A program made the position numbers and the translations under genes. From assembly GCA_002269645.1 (NCBI GenBank), contig NIVC01001282.1, positions 81,575-145,574 of the forward strand: 64,000 nucleotides of DNA. The letters run 5' to 3'. Source of the DNA: Macrostomum lignano. Lineage: Eukaryota. Below, piece by piece: positions 1-12,037 of the stretch; positions within the stretch are counted from its first letter, which is position 1; every line of letters starts with the position of its first letter. The notes beneath the pieces were generated by a model that saw only the letters and a program-made list of their open reading frames with translations, was not told the DNA's origin and made no database searches.

Positions 1-479
1 CCATTATACAGAAGCAAATATGCAGCACCTGCTTGCATGCTTGCGGCACTTAGTACATGCAATTCACAGATAAGTAAGGTGTTTATCATATTAGATAACT
101 AATCCTAACATGCTAAACAACATTGATGGGCATAAGTATATCTTAACAGACATTAAATAGACACTCTTGTTATAGACTTTGTCAGAACTCCATACAATAT
201 TTCTAGCTTGCCATTAACTGCATTGTAGTACTAGAATTGTTGCAATAAGTATGCACAAGGAGTAAAACATTGAATATATTATAGCAGCAGTTGACTTCTT
301 TAAAAGTAGAACTCTGATAGAGTTGTTTGCTTAATCAATAGTTTGTAGTAAAATGGCTCTTTTTCATTTTCCCTTTATACAATTAAAACAAAAATAATCC
401 CTTTTGGAATAAATGTTAAAAACCTGCGGATGCGCGCTTTAGAAAAGAGTCAAACTATTTTACCGCACTTTAGGATTAT

Positions 480-790
480 TAGAGATGTTCCGAAAGATCT
501 GCAGTATCGTCAAAATCAAAATTTGCTAACTTTCCAAAATCAAAATTGAAATTTCTTGAAATCTGGTCAGAATTCAGAAAAACAAAGTTTAGTATAATCA
601 ACACTCACTTTTTTACTTTCAATTTACTGCTTAAGCAAAAAGTAATACATGTATATGTAGTAGAAAGTAGTTTATTTTTAGCGACTTTTTAGACACTACC
701 AAAATTTTCAAAATTTTTTTTGAAATTGAAATTTGCTCTAAAAAATTTCAAATTTTGGAAAATTGAAATTGAATTTTTGGAACATCTCTA
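480..790. mobile_element. MITE-like element with TAGAGATG termini (hAT-like)
   Basis: Perfect 13-bp inverted repeat TTAGAGATGTTCC (479-491) / GGAACATCTCTAA (779-791); AT-rich non-coding interior; flanking 8-mers match only 5/8, so no clean TSD. Confidence 0.5.
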
Positions 791-2133
791 AGCTTAATAA
801 ATTACGAGTGTATAAGTCCCTTCAACAGGGGTATTATACCCATTTCCATGTATATGTATTTGCTAGAGCAGCAGGCAGCAGCCAGTAAGAAAGGGCAGCA
901 TGCACGTAGGCGCTGCGCCTGTGCACGCGCTACGCTTTAGAAAAATTTCAAAAGTGCGCCGGACACTGTCCGCAGTTTTACAACTTTTTCCTATAGGGAA
1001 AATAATTATCCCATTTTTTGCATTAAAACAAAAAAGAGTAAAGACATTTAGCACAAAAAAAACAAAACTAGTATCTAAACTAATATTTTGCAAGGATTTA
1101 GTTTTTAAGAAAATGTACAATATTTGAGCACTATTATAGTGTGGCAAGTGGATGACACTATAATTGATAGACATTAAAGTTGAATGGAACATTTTGTACA
1201 TGAACTCTGCATGACCAATACTAGAACTATTACTTTATCCCTGGGCTGTTTTGCGTCATTTTTTTCCATCCTGGGTATGTTTTCTGGTTCCTTGCTCCTG
1301 GTCCTCCCACATCCCCTTGCTGTTTTTTTGTTTTCTTCCCATTCACTTCTTTGCTTTTCTATTAGTCTATCCCCTATGGCCTTTCCCTGCCTGGGTTTTA
1401 TCCAGGTATTGCCCCCATGCATTGGCGTATTTGTCTATCTAATATTTATACTCTGCAAATATTTTGTGTTTGGCATACCTTGTCTACCTACTTTATTTTA
1501 TTACATTTGGCATTATTAATTTGTCAACTAGTGCTTAACTCTCTTTAAGCCTTAGCCCCGCATCTCAGCACCTATGAAATCTTACTTGTCAAATAATTAA
1601 TCTCAAGTTTATTAACCTGCTATTTATTTCCATTAAATTACAATAATAATATCAGCACAAGCCATATTTATTTCTTTATTAATTAGTTAATCTGAGCCAT
1701 AGCCTATCTTGAGTTATTTGCCTATTGGGCATAAAACAACCAAACAGTTCTCATTCCAAAGAAAGCTCTAAGACTTCAAATGTTTTGTAATATGTAAATT
1801 ATGGTGGTGGCAGCTCTACCCTATTGATAGTAATCAGCTAAGCAAAAAATGTACATAATTATAGTATGAAAACTTTGGTGTTTAATATTTGAATGACTGT
1901 GCACAAAATGACCACTTGACTACAATTACAACTACCCTCCCCAGACTTAAGACCTTAGCAATCAGAGTAAAACAGAAGAAATTTGTTGTGATTTGTCTTA
2001 TGCCATTTTTTGGAATTATTAATGCAAATGCAATGCTAGCAAAAATTTTAAAGTTAAAACTGTCTTATCTCATTGGTGTCAACAAACCAATGAACTTACA
2101 AATCTATTTTTCTGCTACTAGCTCAATAGGACT

Positions 2134-2397
2134 CAGTAGCGTAGCCAGGAATTTCAATCGGGAAGGGGGCCCAAGTTGGTCTGGCTAGCCATGCCTTATA
2201 CCATTGCCACTTTTGATGTCATAGGTACTCATTTTGGTGCCGTAGGCATTTATTTGGTGCCACAAACACTCATTTTGACGCTGCAGAGACTCAATTGCCT
2301 CCTGGTTTTTAGTATCCACTGCGCCTAATCCTACCCCCCAGGCGATTAGGGGGGAGAGGCCACAGCCCCCTTGCCTCCTATCTTGGTTATGCCATTG
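2134..2397. mobile_element. Degenerate MITE (CAGTRGC...GCCAYTG termini)
   Basis: CAGTAGCGTAGCCAGGA versus TCTTGGTTATGCCATTG, 12/17 inverted match; G- and C-runs near the ends. Confidence 0.4.
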
Positions 2398-3111
2398 ATA
2401 GGATTTTGCTTTTAAAAACTGTCAATTATCAACTGCCACTAGCCAGGTTGGCAAGCTCTATTAGACTAGCTAGCTTTGCCATATGTTGCCCATATGTGAT
2501 TTAATTAAAAACTTTATCTAACCAAATCTCTTTTAGAATAAATTTTCAATTATATTGATTGGCCACAATTGGGCAAGATATTTTAGCTAGGCCTATACTA
2601 TTTTGTTTTTTTATATATTTAAAAATACTTGTTTAGCTTCTGCATTTAGTAGCACTTGCCAATGGCATAGGCCCTACTTAGCTAGGCCCCTTAGTATACC
2701 AAGGACTTAGGGTGGCTATGATAAGTTCCGGCATACTTGCAAACTATCCACAACCTGGGGCCCCTATGCTAGGACTAATCTGAGTCTGTCAGGCTTTAGA
2801 GCTATTTTTTAAGGCAATAAAACTATCATAGGCCTAGGCTATTAATATTATTGTAGCTTATTTAGGGTATAAAGTCTTCTAAAAGCCATTATATTCTATT
2901 TTTGCCATATTATCATAGGCCTAGTCTAAAAGAAAAATGGAAAATTCTAGTTTTTTTAATTCAATGCTAATATAAATTTAAATAAAAAATTAAAATAAAA
3001 GTGAAAATAAAATTAAATATTTTAAATAAGAGTCTGACTAATATTTTTAATGTTTATTTTTTTAGAAGTTTTTATTCTTTCTTTAACTTTTATTTTCTTT
3101 AAAAGTTATAT

Positions 3112-3355
3112 CAGTGGCACAATGCAAACAAGGGGTGGGGTGGTTGCCCCCCCCTTAGGTGGAGACCCAAAAAAATCAAACTGTGTTTATCACTTTAAAG
3201 TAGTCCTTTACTCCTTTTTGAATAATTAATAAATATATTATTACCCAATTTTTAAAGCAAGTTTTTGCCAAAAACAGAGCTACCTCTCCACCCCCTTCCC
3301 AGGACTTTACCCTCCAGAATCCACCCCAGTCTAAAAATTTCTGGTTGCCCTACTG
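3112..3355. mobile_element. Degenerate MITE of similar type
   Basis: Begins CAGTGGCAC, ends CTGGTTGCCCTACTG; internal G/C runs; GC-richer than the AT-rich flanks. Confidence 0.3.
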
Positions 3356-4126
3356 ATTATATAGGATTTCTATTTATAAAAAACTGATTAAAATTTTGCT
3401 ACACCCTACACACGCTACACTATACCAAACTTGAAGGCTAAACTAATGAACTTGGTCATTTATGTACACTATTATATGTGCACACCAATGTCGAACCTGA
3501 AAATGCCAAATGTATGCAGGATTTTTAATTCGAGGCAAAATATCAGAGTTGAATTTATAAAAAGTTAAAATTATAATTAGGCCTATAATGTCACGACGAA
3601 GTCCAGGTTTGTTAATTGCACGGCAAAGTTAGATGGCAATTTAAATAAGTAAGAAAACGACTCAACTTGAATTTTGTTTGAAGTTAATAATGTTTAAACA
3701 AATAAGAAACACACTTGCCTAACCCTAAAAAAATGCATACACGCATATTTAATTTAGAATAAAATTATTTCTACCTACTGACCTTTTTCTAGTTTTTTAA
3801 AAGATCTATTAATAAGATGTCAGATCAGAGAAAGCGTTTAGAGAATTTCTAATTGTGCTAAATATTGTTTGATACAGCCCTAACATGTTTCGATTGGCCT
3901 ATAAGGCGTACATCGCGCATGTTCGAATGCCGTTTATTAGACAGGCCAACTGTCAACACATGTCGCCACAACACTGTGTTGAGACAATCTACCTCAATGG
4001 CAATCTCGATAACTCGATCACAACAAATATATTATTTGTCATTACTGTAGCGGCGATAAAATCGGACCATTTTACATTATATGTAGTGTACGTAAATCCC
4101 GCTTTTTGTTGCTTTATTTTTTGTTT

Positions 4127-4229
4127 ATTTACAGCATTGCATTACCAATGAGAATGCAAGTGTTCTTAGTGTAAAAATATATTTACAGCATTGCATTACA
4201 AAATGAGAATGCAAGTGTTCTTAGTGTAA
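4127..4229. repeat. Direct tandem duplication of about 50 bp
   Basis: ATTTACAGCATTGCATTAC(C/AA)AATGAGAATGCAAGTGTTCTTAGTGTAA at 4127-4174 and 4181-4229. Confidence 0.85.
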
Positions 4230-4499
4230 GAATTTTTAGTTTTTGGATATTGCTTCGCCGGCTTTTGATTGCGCTAGCGTCATGTGCAGCACTTAACAGT
4301 CCGTCCGGAAAAATGTAGCGTTAAGGCTTAAAGTAGTTAAGCAAAATAAAAGCATTCCAAACAGTTAACGAAACCACCTCTTTCCCAAATGACGGTATTT
4401 TTTTAACAACTAATATCTGCTATTTTGCGGATAACTAATAAAGCGAATTTTTATTTACCTTCTTGCATTTTCATTGTGCAATGCAAAATCCTTGAATAA

Positions 4500-4640
4500 A
4501 TAAACTGTCACGAGATCTTTAACCACCCTACTGACGACCGTCTAGTCGGTGATACAGCAACTAAAATATGGCGCTTAGACGGAAGCACGGCGAGCTGTGC
4601 TGCTGCGCCGTCAGAACGTCTAGCATATATGTGTATGCCG
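4500..4640. promoter_or_regulatory. Possible housekeeping-type promoter (YY1-like and ETS-like motifs)
   Basis: Local GC/CpG rise in AT-rich DNA with AAATATGGCG and ACGGAAG; could serve RPS27 through an upstream non-coding exon. Inference only. Confidence 0.2.
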
Positions 4641-5872
4641 TGTGCAATGTGGCGATATTTTAAACGAAATATTAGAAAGCCTTGCAACCAAGACCAATGG
4701 CTGCAAAATGCCAATGTATGCCAACAAACTTTTTATTGCATACAAAAATATGCCAAAATAAAAATTAGAAATTACAACCAATTTTAACTGCTTCAAGTTT
4801 TAACTTTTTAAATTTAAACTTTCAATATTTAATAAATTAATGTCAATGAGTAAAAACAAGTAACTTTTTGCTAAACTGTATAAAATGAGTTTTTTAAACT
4901 ATTTTTGTTTTACTTTTAGCTTAGAAAAGTTAAACCTAGTTTTTAATTTAATTTTTCATTTTTAGAAATGCTGGGAGCTATTCCTTCTGATCAAAATTTA
5001 GCTAGGCCTACTGTAACTATTAGTGTTTCATAGTAAGGAATGGGGTCCATTTGCCATAGCCATAAAACTATAAGCAAAACTATGGCTTATTCTAATTCTC
5101 TAGGAAAGAATTAGGAATTAGTCTAGGAAACAAAATTTTTTGAATCAAGAAGATAACCTGGTACTTAAACAATTGCAAATTAAAGAAAAAGTAAAATAAA
5201 CACTTGATTGCTTTGTAAAATTATATTTCATCCTTTTTACAAAGTAGGGTAACAATACTTAATTGCTACTAAAAATACTAATATTAAACTTTTTCATATT
5301 AATAAAAGTTAATGTTTGCTAGTGTTTTATTGTACATTATTAGGCATAAACTATAAGTTTCTAAGTCTATAATACAGTTTATTTAAGTATCCTTGACTTT
5401 GTTTTACTTTTTGTTTCTAATATTTTTTATTTTTTGAAATTAATGATTACAGCTATGGGAATCTATGGAATGTGACAACAACTACCATATTTCCATAGTT
5501 CTAGCTATAAAAGCAGCTATCTACTATAGGCATATCCTGTAGCCATAGCTATAGCTGAACATTAGTAACTATGTACATGGAGACTGCCAAATATAAACTT
5601 AATGATTTTTATATGCTAATTGTATTTGTATAGATTGACAAGCTATTGAAACCCGCGGATTTTGAACCTGGGGAACTCCATTCCCTGGAATTGTTTTTGC
5701 ATATATTCTAAAATCTGAGGTAAAACTCAAACAAAAACTTGTTCCCTTGTTAATAGTTAGGATTAGAGTTAAACATAAAATAGTGTAAATTCATGTAAAA
5801 TTAGGATTTGAGGCAAACATTGATATTGTTGGCTGGGGTACTGCGCAGAATGTCAGACAAACTCTGGCCTCT

Positions 5873-7440
5873 ATGTACCTCTGCCTCTCCCTATGTCCTT
5901 TGCATCCTTTGAAACTTCATCTTCTTTTCTGTTTCCTATCTTCTCTCTCGTCTCTTCTCTCTATCCCCTCTTATGTGAGTTATCTCTTCTTTCTTCTCTC
6001 TTCTCTCGTCTCTTCTCTCTCTCCCCTCTTATCTCTTCTTTCTTCTCTCCTCTCTCGTCTCTTCTCTCATCTCTTCCCTCTCCCCTCTATTCTTTTCTCT
6101 CTCTTCTCCTCTCTTTGCTCTGGTCTCTGGTCTCTCATATCTCCTTTCTCCTGTTTTATCTTTTCTCATTTCTTTCTGCTCTCTACTCTCTCTTCCCTCT
6201 GCTCTCTGCTCTCTGCTCTCTCTTCCCTCACCTCTCTTCTCACTCCTTACTGTACCCTCTCTCAACACTTTCCATATCTCTACTCTCTCCTTTTTCCTCT
6301 CTTCTCTCAACTCTTTCCTCTCCTCTGTCCACTCTCTCCTCTCATCTCTCTGCTCTCTCCTATCCTATCTCTCTTCTCTCTCTTCTCTCCCCTCTTTCCT
6401 CTCCTCTCTCATCCTTTTCACCAATTTCCCCTGTCCTCTCAATTCTCTCCCTTCCCCTCCTCTCTCCTCACTCACTTCTCATCTCTCCCTTGTCTCCACC
6501 TCTCATCCCTTATTTCTTATCTCTCCTCTTTTCTCTCTACTTTCCCATCTCTCGTCTGTTTACTCTCGTTTCCGCTCTCTCATCTCCCCTCTCTTATCTG
6601 TCATCTTTACTCTCATATGTTCTCTCACTTCTCTCCCCTTGTACTCCTCTCTTTCCCCTTTTTGACTCAGGAGGACTCGATCCTTTCTTCTTTCTTCTCA
6701 TCTCTTCTCTTCTCTCTTCTATACTCTCTCCCTCTCTTGTCTTCTCTCTTCTCTCTCACTCTCCTCTCTCCTCTCTTATATCGTCTGTTCACTCTCATCT
6801 TTGCTCTCTCATTCCCCTCTCTCTTCTGTCAACTCTACTCTCCTCTCTATTGTGTACTCTTCTCTTTCCCCTCTTCTGACTCCTCTCTTTCCTTACTCCT
6901 CTCTTCTCTTCCCTCTTCTATACTCTTCCCCCTCTATTCTCTTTTCTTGTCTCTCCACACTCTGCTCTCTCTTCCTTCATCTCTCATCTCTACTCTACTC
7001 TCTCATATTTCCTTTCATCTCACTCATCTCTACAATCTTATCTCTTTCCTCTTTCCTCCTCTTCCCTTTACTCTATAATCTCTCCTTTGTCCTCTTTTCT
7101 TTCTTAACTCTCTCTCTCTCTCTCATCTCTATCTTCTCTCTTCTCACTCCTCTCTGTTCTCTATTCTCTATTCTCTTCTCACTCTTCTCTACTCTCCTCT
7201 CTCATCGATCCTCTGTCTCAGCTCTCCCTTCTTCTCTCTCCATCTTCTCACCTCTACTATTTCCTCTCCCTTCTCTCTCCCCTCCTCTCGCTTCTTCATC
7301 CCATATTATCTGCTCTCTCCTCAACCTCCTCATACGTCTCTCCTGTTATCTTCTATCTTTTCTTTTATCCCCTCTCGCCCCTCCTCCCTTTCTAATAGTC
7401 TATTCCTTTTCCTTTTCACTCTTATCTGGCCTGTACCCAT
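5873..7440. repeat. CT-rich (polypyrimidine) low-complexity tract, about 1.57 kb
   Basis: Almost entirely C/T on the + strand; the Ser/Leu/Pro/Phe ORFs here are compositional artefacts. Confidence 0.95.
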
Positions 7441-8139
7441 GAGCTGGATTCTTTATCTGGCCTTTGAGATAAAAATCTGCCGATCCCTGCTTCGAAAGCC
7501 AGTTTGTGGGACGTAGTACTATCATGGTTGTTATCATTTCTCATGCTTTAATCACGTCATCTTTCTGGTCAATTAGCAGCCCTGAGAGGAATTTGTATAT
7601 CTCCAGCTCCACCACCACAGTCTGCAGCAGTCTAACAACCATGGAAATACGCATTTCTTAGAAGGCCATTTAAATTTTTAAGTACCTTATGCGAATCTTA
7701 ATGTTAAAATTTTCATGGTGTAACTAATTTAGTAGGATTGCATTGTAATCAGTTATTAATTTTTCGATATTTTTACAAACCATCCCACATCGCCTTGATT
7801 TGCCATCCTTGTTCAACTGCTGCAGACTTGTCTATTCAGAGGACAGTGGTTTGAAATTGAATCTCTTGCTATTATTTCTATGCAAAAGGGTTTTCTTTTG
7901 TTTCCAATAACATGGTTTAACTAAGCCATCTAATCAGCCAAAAATGAGAAAAATTGTATTTGAAGTTTTCAAAATGCTTTTTTTACTAATAGGCCTAATG
8001 CTGCACATGACCATTTAAATAATCATTTAAAGAATCTGTGCATTACATATGCCACTGTCAGTTGCCATGATTCTAATTAAAACTAGCATTGTGTACACTC
8101 ATTCCACAGCTAAAAGTCGAAATAAAGCCATTGTAAGCC

Positions 8140-9400
8140 ATGCCTCTAGCAAGGGATCTGCTGCACCCATCGATGTCCCAGGAGAAGCGAAAGCACAAGA
8201 AGAAGCGTTTGGTTCAATCGCCAAACTCCTGCTTCATGGATGTGAAGTGTCCAGGTGAGACAGTTGGCTTTCCAGCTGAATCCTAACTGTAGAATCTGCT
8301 TTGTCTGTAACGACTCAAACGACTCTAATGCGATTTAGAGGCTACTGTTGAGTCACGAGTGCAAAACAGTCATCCAAGAGTTGTGTTAGCGCTTAACTTA
8401 CTACTGACTTAAGTAGACTAAACAGAGTTGTTATAAATGCGATTCTAATTCACACGAAAGTGGCGCAGATGCGCTTTAGACGCAACTCAGCGATTCTGCA
8501 GCGACTCCAGCACGACTCAGACACGACTCTACGGCCCCAGACTCGCAGACAATCAAAACGCCCCTGACGACTTTGGCGATTTGTACCGTAACATCACGTT
8601 GTTTTAGAGTCGTCTAGAGTCACTTCTTTCCTGTTTTACCTGTTGTTTCCTGCAACCACTCTGCGGGGACCGCAAGTTGACTCTGGGACGCTTCTTATTT
8701 ATTAGAGGCAGGGGGGTTGTGTGCACCCTGGCGCACTTTAAGCGACATAGGCACATAACCGGCGAGAGGCATTGCTGCCCATTCCGCCGACTCCCCTGAG
8801 CAGGCATACAAGCGCGCGGATACGTACGCAGGCACACACTCACACAGGAGTGTACAGCGGCCCTACTTTATATTATCGTTAGGCATGTACACTTCACTGC
8901 GCCTTGGGGGGTTGGCTCTCAAGGCCGTTAATTGCACGAGCAGAGCCAAGCCGAGATTCCAATTCAGCCCCAAATTAATGTGACTGCACTTGGAATCGAG
9001 CCTGGGTCGCTGGCACACCAGAGCAGCTGCGCTACCGCTGGGCTACGGCCTCCTGGGACGCTTCTTGGCCTGAGTACCGTATTCACCGGGTTTGTGCGAG
9101 TGCCAAATATAATTTTAGAGCTTGAGAAGATGCAAACTCACTGCCAGAATGCATAGAGTTTTGGAGCCGCCATGGAGAAAGCAACAAGGCAAAGTTATGC
9201 CACACTAATACATTAAGCCCAACAAACTGATCAGTGAACCACCGCTGTCCCAATTCGCAGGCTGCCTGAAAATCACCACGGTGTTCTCGCACGCCCAGAC
9301 TGTGGTTGTGTGCGCCGGCTGCAGCACTGTTCTGTGCCAGCCAACTGGCGGCAAGGCCCGACTGACCGAGGGCTGCTCGTTCAGAAATAAAACCTACTGA
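8140..9400 (+). CDS. RPS27: 40S ribosomal protein S27 (eS27), 84 aa, 2 coding exons
   Basis: join(8140..8254,9261..9400); [84 protein letters not shown]; four zinc-finger Cys; canonical phase-1 GT-AG intron. Confidence 0.98.
8308..8622. mobile_element. MITE-like GACTC-rich element (family C) in the RPS27 intron
   Basis: Ends GACTCAAACGACTCTAA / TTAGAGTCGTCTAGAGTC are inverted; segments recur inverted at about 51310-51430. Confidence 0.45.
8697..9052 (-). mobile_element. tRNA-derived SINE (family A), full length with TSD
   Basis: Minus strand begins GAGGCCGTAGCCCAGCGG (A box) ... GGCTCGATTCC (B box); perfect 14-bp TSD CTGGGACGCTTCTT at 8683-8696 and 9053-9066; related copies elsewhere in the window. 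Confidence 0.9.
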
Positions 9401-9440
9401 TTTGATCTTTGCGAGTATTGATACAATTAAATTGACATTT

Positions 9441-9446
9441 AATAAA
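9441..9446 (+). terminator. Polyadenylation signal of RPS27
   Basis: AATAAA 40 nt after the stop codon. Confidence 0.7.
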
Positions 9447-9877
9447 CATTCAATGCTACTGATAGTAGCCGTATGCGCTGGGTGATTTTGTCGCCAATAA
9501 ATTGTGTTTAGACTGGGGTTCTGGTATTGTGTCTGATTGACTGTAATTATTGTTCAATTTAATAATTATCTTCTGTTTGAAAGGAAATAAACGCATCAAT
9601 GCTGACTGGAGAGGAGAGATCAGAGGAAGAGACAGAGGCCAGTGAGCTGTTTTTGCGTCTTTCGTTCGTCTCCGCGGCGCGACCAGTTCAGTGAATTGAT
9701 CTGCGCACGGAGTTCCTGTTCGATCTTGGATTAAAAAAATCTATAAATTGTGCTTCTCTTGAATGCTAGTTGCGTTTGACTTCGTTATTTTATTTTAATA
9801 TCTCAGCTGGTTATATTCAGATATATCTGTAGTCTAAAGTTCCATGGTTATGATATAACCTTGGAGGATTTTGGGCT

Positions 9878-10022
9878 TTATTGGAGTCCTTCCTCACTAT
9901 CAAGCTGTATTGGAGTCCTTCCTCACTATCAAGCTGTATTGGAGTCCTTCCTGTCTTTATCTGGCTGTATTGGAGTCCTTCCTGTCTTTATCTGGCTGTA
10001 TTGGAGTCCTTCCTGTCTTTAT
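9878..10022. repeat. 31-bp minisatellite, about 4-5 copies
   Basis: Unit GCTGTATTGGAGTCCTTCCTGTCTTTATCTG. Confidence 0.9.
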
Positions 10023-10492
10023 GGGGCTGTAATGTCTAGGGATATGAATATTTTGTTTGCCTAAAGTTAAAAACCGGATTCATCGTATCGTACTACTGAT
10101 AAGAGTGTCACAAGTAGCAATATAGAGCGTAAGTGACGAGTCCCCATGACATCCGATTGGTCTAGTTAATCTTGGGCATAATCAAATTTGTTCGAGAATG
10201 CAATGGCACCTTGCTTGTCCCCCGGGGCAGCTGTGCTGTTACAGTGTTGTACGAGCGTATTCATTTGTGGGATATTTTTAGTCTGATTCTGATTTCTCTG
10301 TTTGCAATCCGATGTAGCCAGAAATTCGTGCTAATCTATAGACCTGTACCTTATCCCCTTAGGCAGAGCAGAACTGCAGAAGCGCTGATGTGATTTTCAT
10401 TGACTCAGCATTGATGTACAAGTACGTTGATAAATGGCTCAGTGATTTCCAACACCACTGCACTGTGCAGGTACATGCAGCTACAGAGGCAG

Positions 10493-11535
10493 GGCAGTCA
10501 GATGTCACTGACAGTCGAATGTCACTGATTGTCAATTCTCACAGGCAGTCAAATGTCACTGATTGTCAATTCTCACAGGCAGTCAAATGTCACTGATTGT
10601 CAATTCTCACAGGCAGTCAAATGTCACTGGCTGTCTAATGTCACTGACTGTCAATTCTCACAGGCAGTCAAATGTCACTGACAGTCGAATGTCACTGATT
10701 GTCAATTCTCACAGGCAGTCAAATGTCACTGACAGTCAACTGTCACTGGTAGTCTGCAAATGTCACTGACAGTCGAATGGCACTGATTGTCAATCCTCAC
10801 AGGCAGTCAAATGTCACTGACAGTCGAATGTCACTGATTGTCAATTCTCACAGGTAGTCAAATGTCACTGACTGTCAACTGTCACTGGTAGTCTGCAAAT
10901 TTCACTGACAGTCAAATGTCACTGATTGTCAGTTCTCACAGGCAGTCAAATGTCACTGACAGTCGAATGGCACTGATTGTCAATTCTCACAGGCAGTCAA
11001 ATGTCACTGACAGTCGAATGGCACTGATTGTCAATTCTCACAGGCAGTCAAATGTCACTGACAGTCAACTGTCACTGGTAGTCTGCAAATGTCACTGACA
11101 GTCGAATGGCACTGATTGTCAATCCTCACAGGCAGTCAAATGTCACTGACAGTCGAATGGCACTGATTGTCAATCCTCACAGGCAGTCAAATGTCACTGA
11201 CAGTCGAATGTCACTGATTGTCAATTCTCACAGGCAGTCAAATGTCACTGACTGTCAACTGTCACTGGTAGTCTGCAAATTTCACTGACAGTCAAATGTC
11301 ACTGATTGTCAGTTCTCACAGGCAGTCAAATGTCACTGACAGTCGAATGGCACTGATTGTCAATTCTCACAGGCAGTCAAATGTCACTGACAGTCGAATG
11401 GCACTGATTGTCAATTCTCACAGGCAGTCAAATGTCACTGACAGTCAACTGTCACTGGTAGTCTGCAAATGTCACTGACAGTCGAATGGCACTGATTGTC
11501 AATCCTCACAGGCAGTCAAATGTCACTGGTAGTCA
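10493..11535. repeat. 17/34-bp satellite with a 190-bp higher-order repeat
   Basis: Monomer about ACTGACAGTCAAATGTC; marker GGTAGTCTGC recurs at 10887, 11077, 11267, 11457. Confidence 0.95.
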
Positions 11536-12037
11536 AATTGCTGCCGTCAAATGCACGAGGACCGGCTGCACGATACATGGATACTATACTATTCAATATA
11601 AATCTATCTATGGGTTGTCTGGAGGCAGAAACTCTGTTTGATTGTGTTCTCTAATTAATTCTATGGGATAGAAAAATCTAATAATGTTTATATCTATTTA
11701 ACTTCTGCGTGAACATAAGGATGATGAGCTCAATTTTGGTGTCTTAATCCGTGTGTATAACATAGCGCTTCTCGCATTTTCCAATGTCAGAAGGCAGGCA
11801 AAAGTCGATGAGACACCTTGAGTCTCGGACCCATTAGAACGGCAGACTGTACCGCTCGAGATGGTCCATCAACGTGACTGCATCTGCAGTTTTAGTGCGT
11901 CAGTCAAAGTCAATTCGCTGTCCAATAAGAACCGAGAGTTGTTGCTGCGCGAGACAGGCTATAGAAGAGAGCAGGTCTGAGCAGGCGGCTTTCTAAGTCT
12001 TTTAGTCTGCATTACATTCGTCCTTTCGACCCCGAGC

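Noticed and set aside
3865-4151. Short ORFs in a locally GC-raised patch
   Set aside because: No recognisable domain or splice context on either strand.
1-5870. AT-rich block as contamination or a chimeric join
   Set aside because: The similar AT-rich block at 57.3-59 kb contains the in-phase first exon of GRK, so such blocks belong to this genome.
5873-7442. ORFs of 401, 328 and 213 aa rich in Leu/Ser/Pro/Phe
   Set aside because: Polypyrimidine DNA cannot form stop codons easily; the same applies to 25348-25887, 29930-30873, the YLSI ORF at 23969 and the TDRQ/VCLS ORFs at 43276-44345.
8255-9260. snoRNA hosted in the RPS27 intron
   Set aside because: No convincing C/D or H/ACA box arrangement; the intron is mostly explained by a SINE and a MITE-like element. 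An Infernal scan would settle it.
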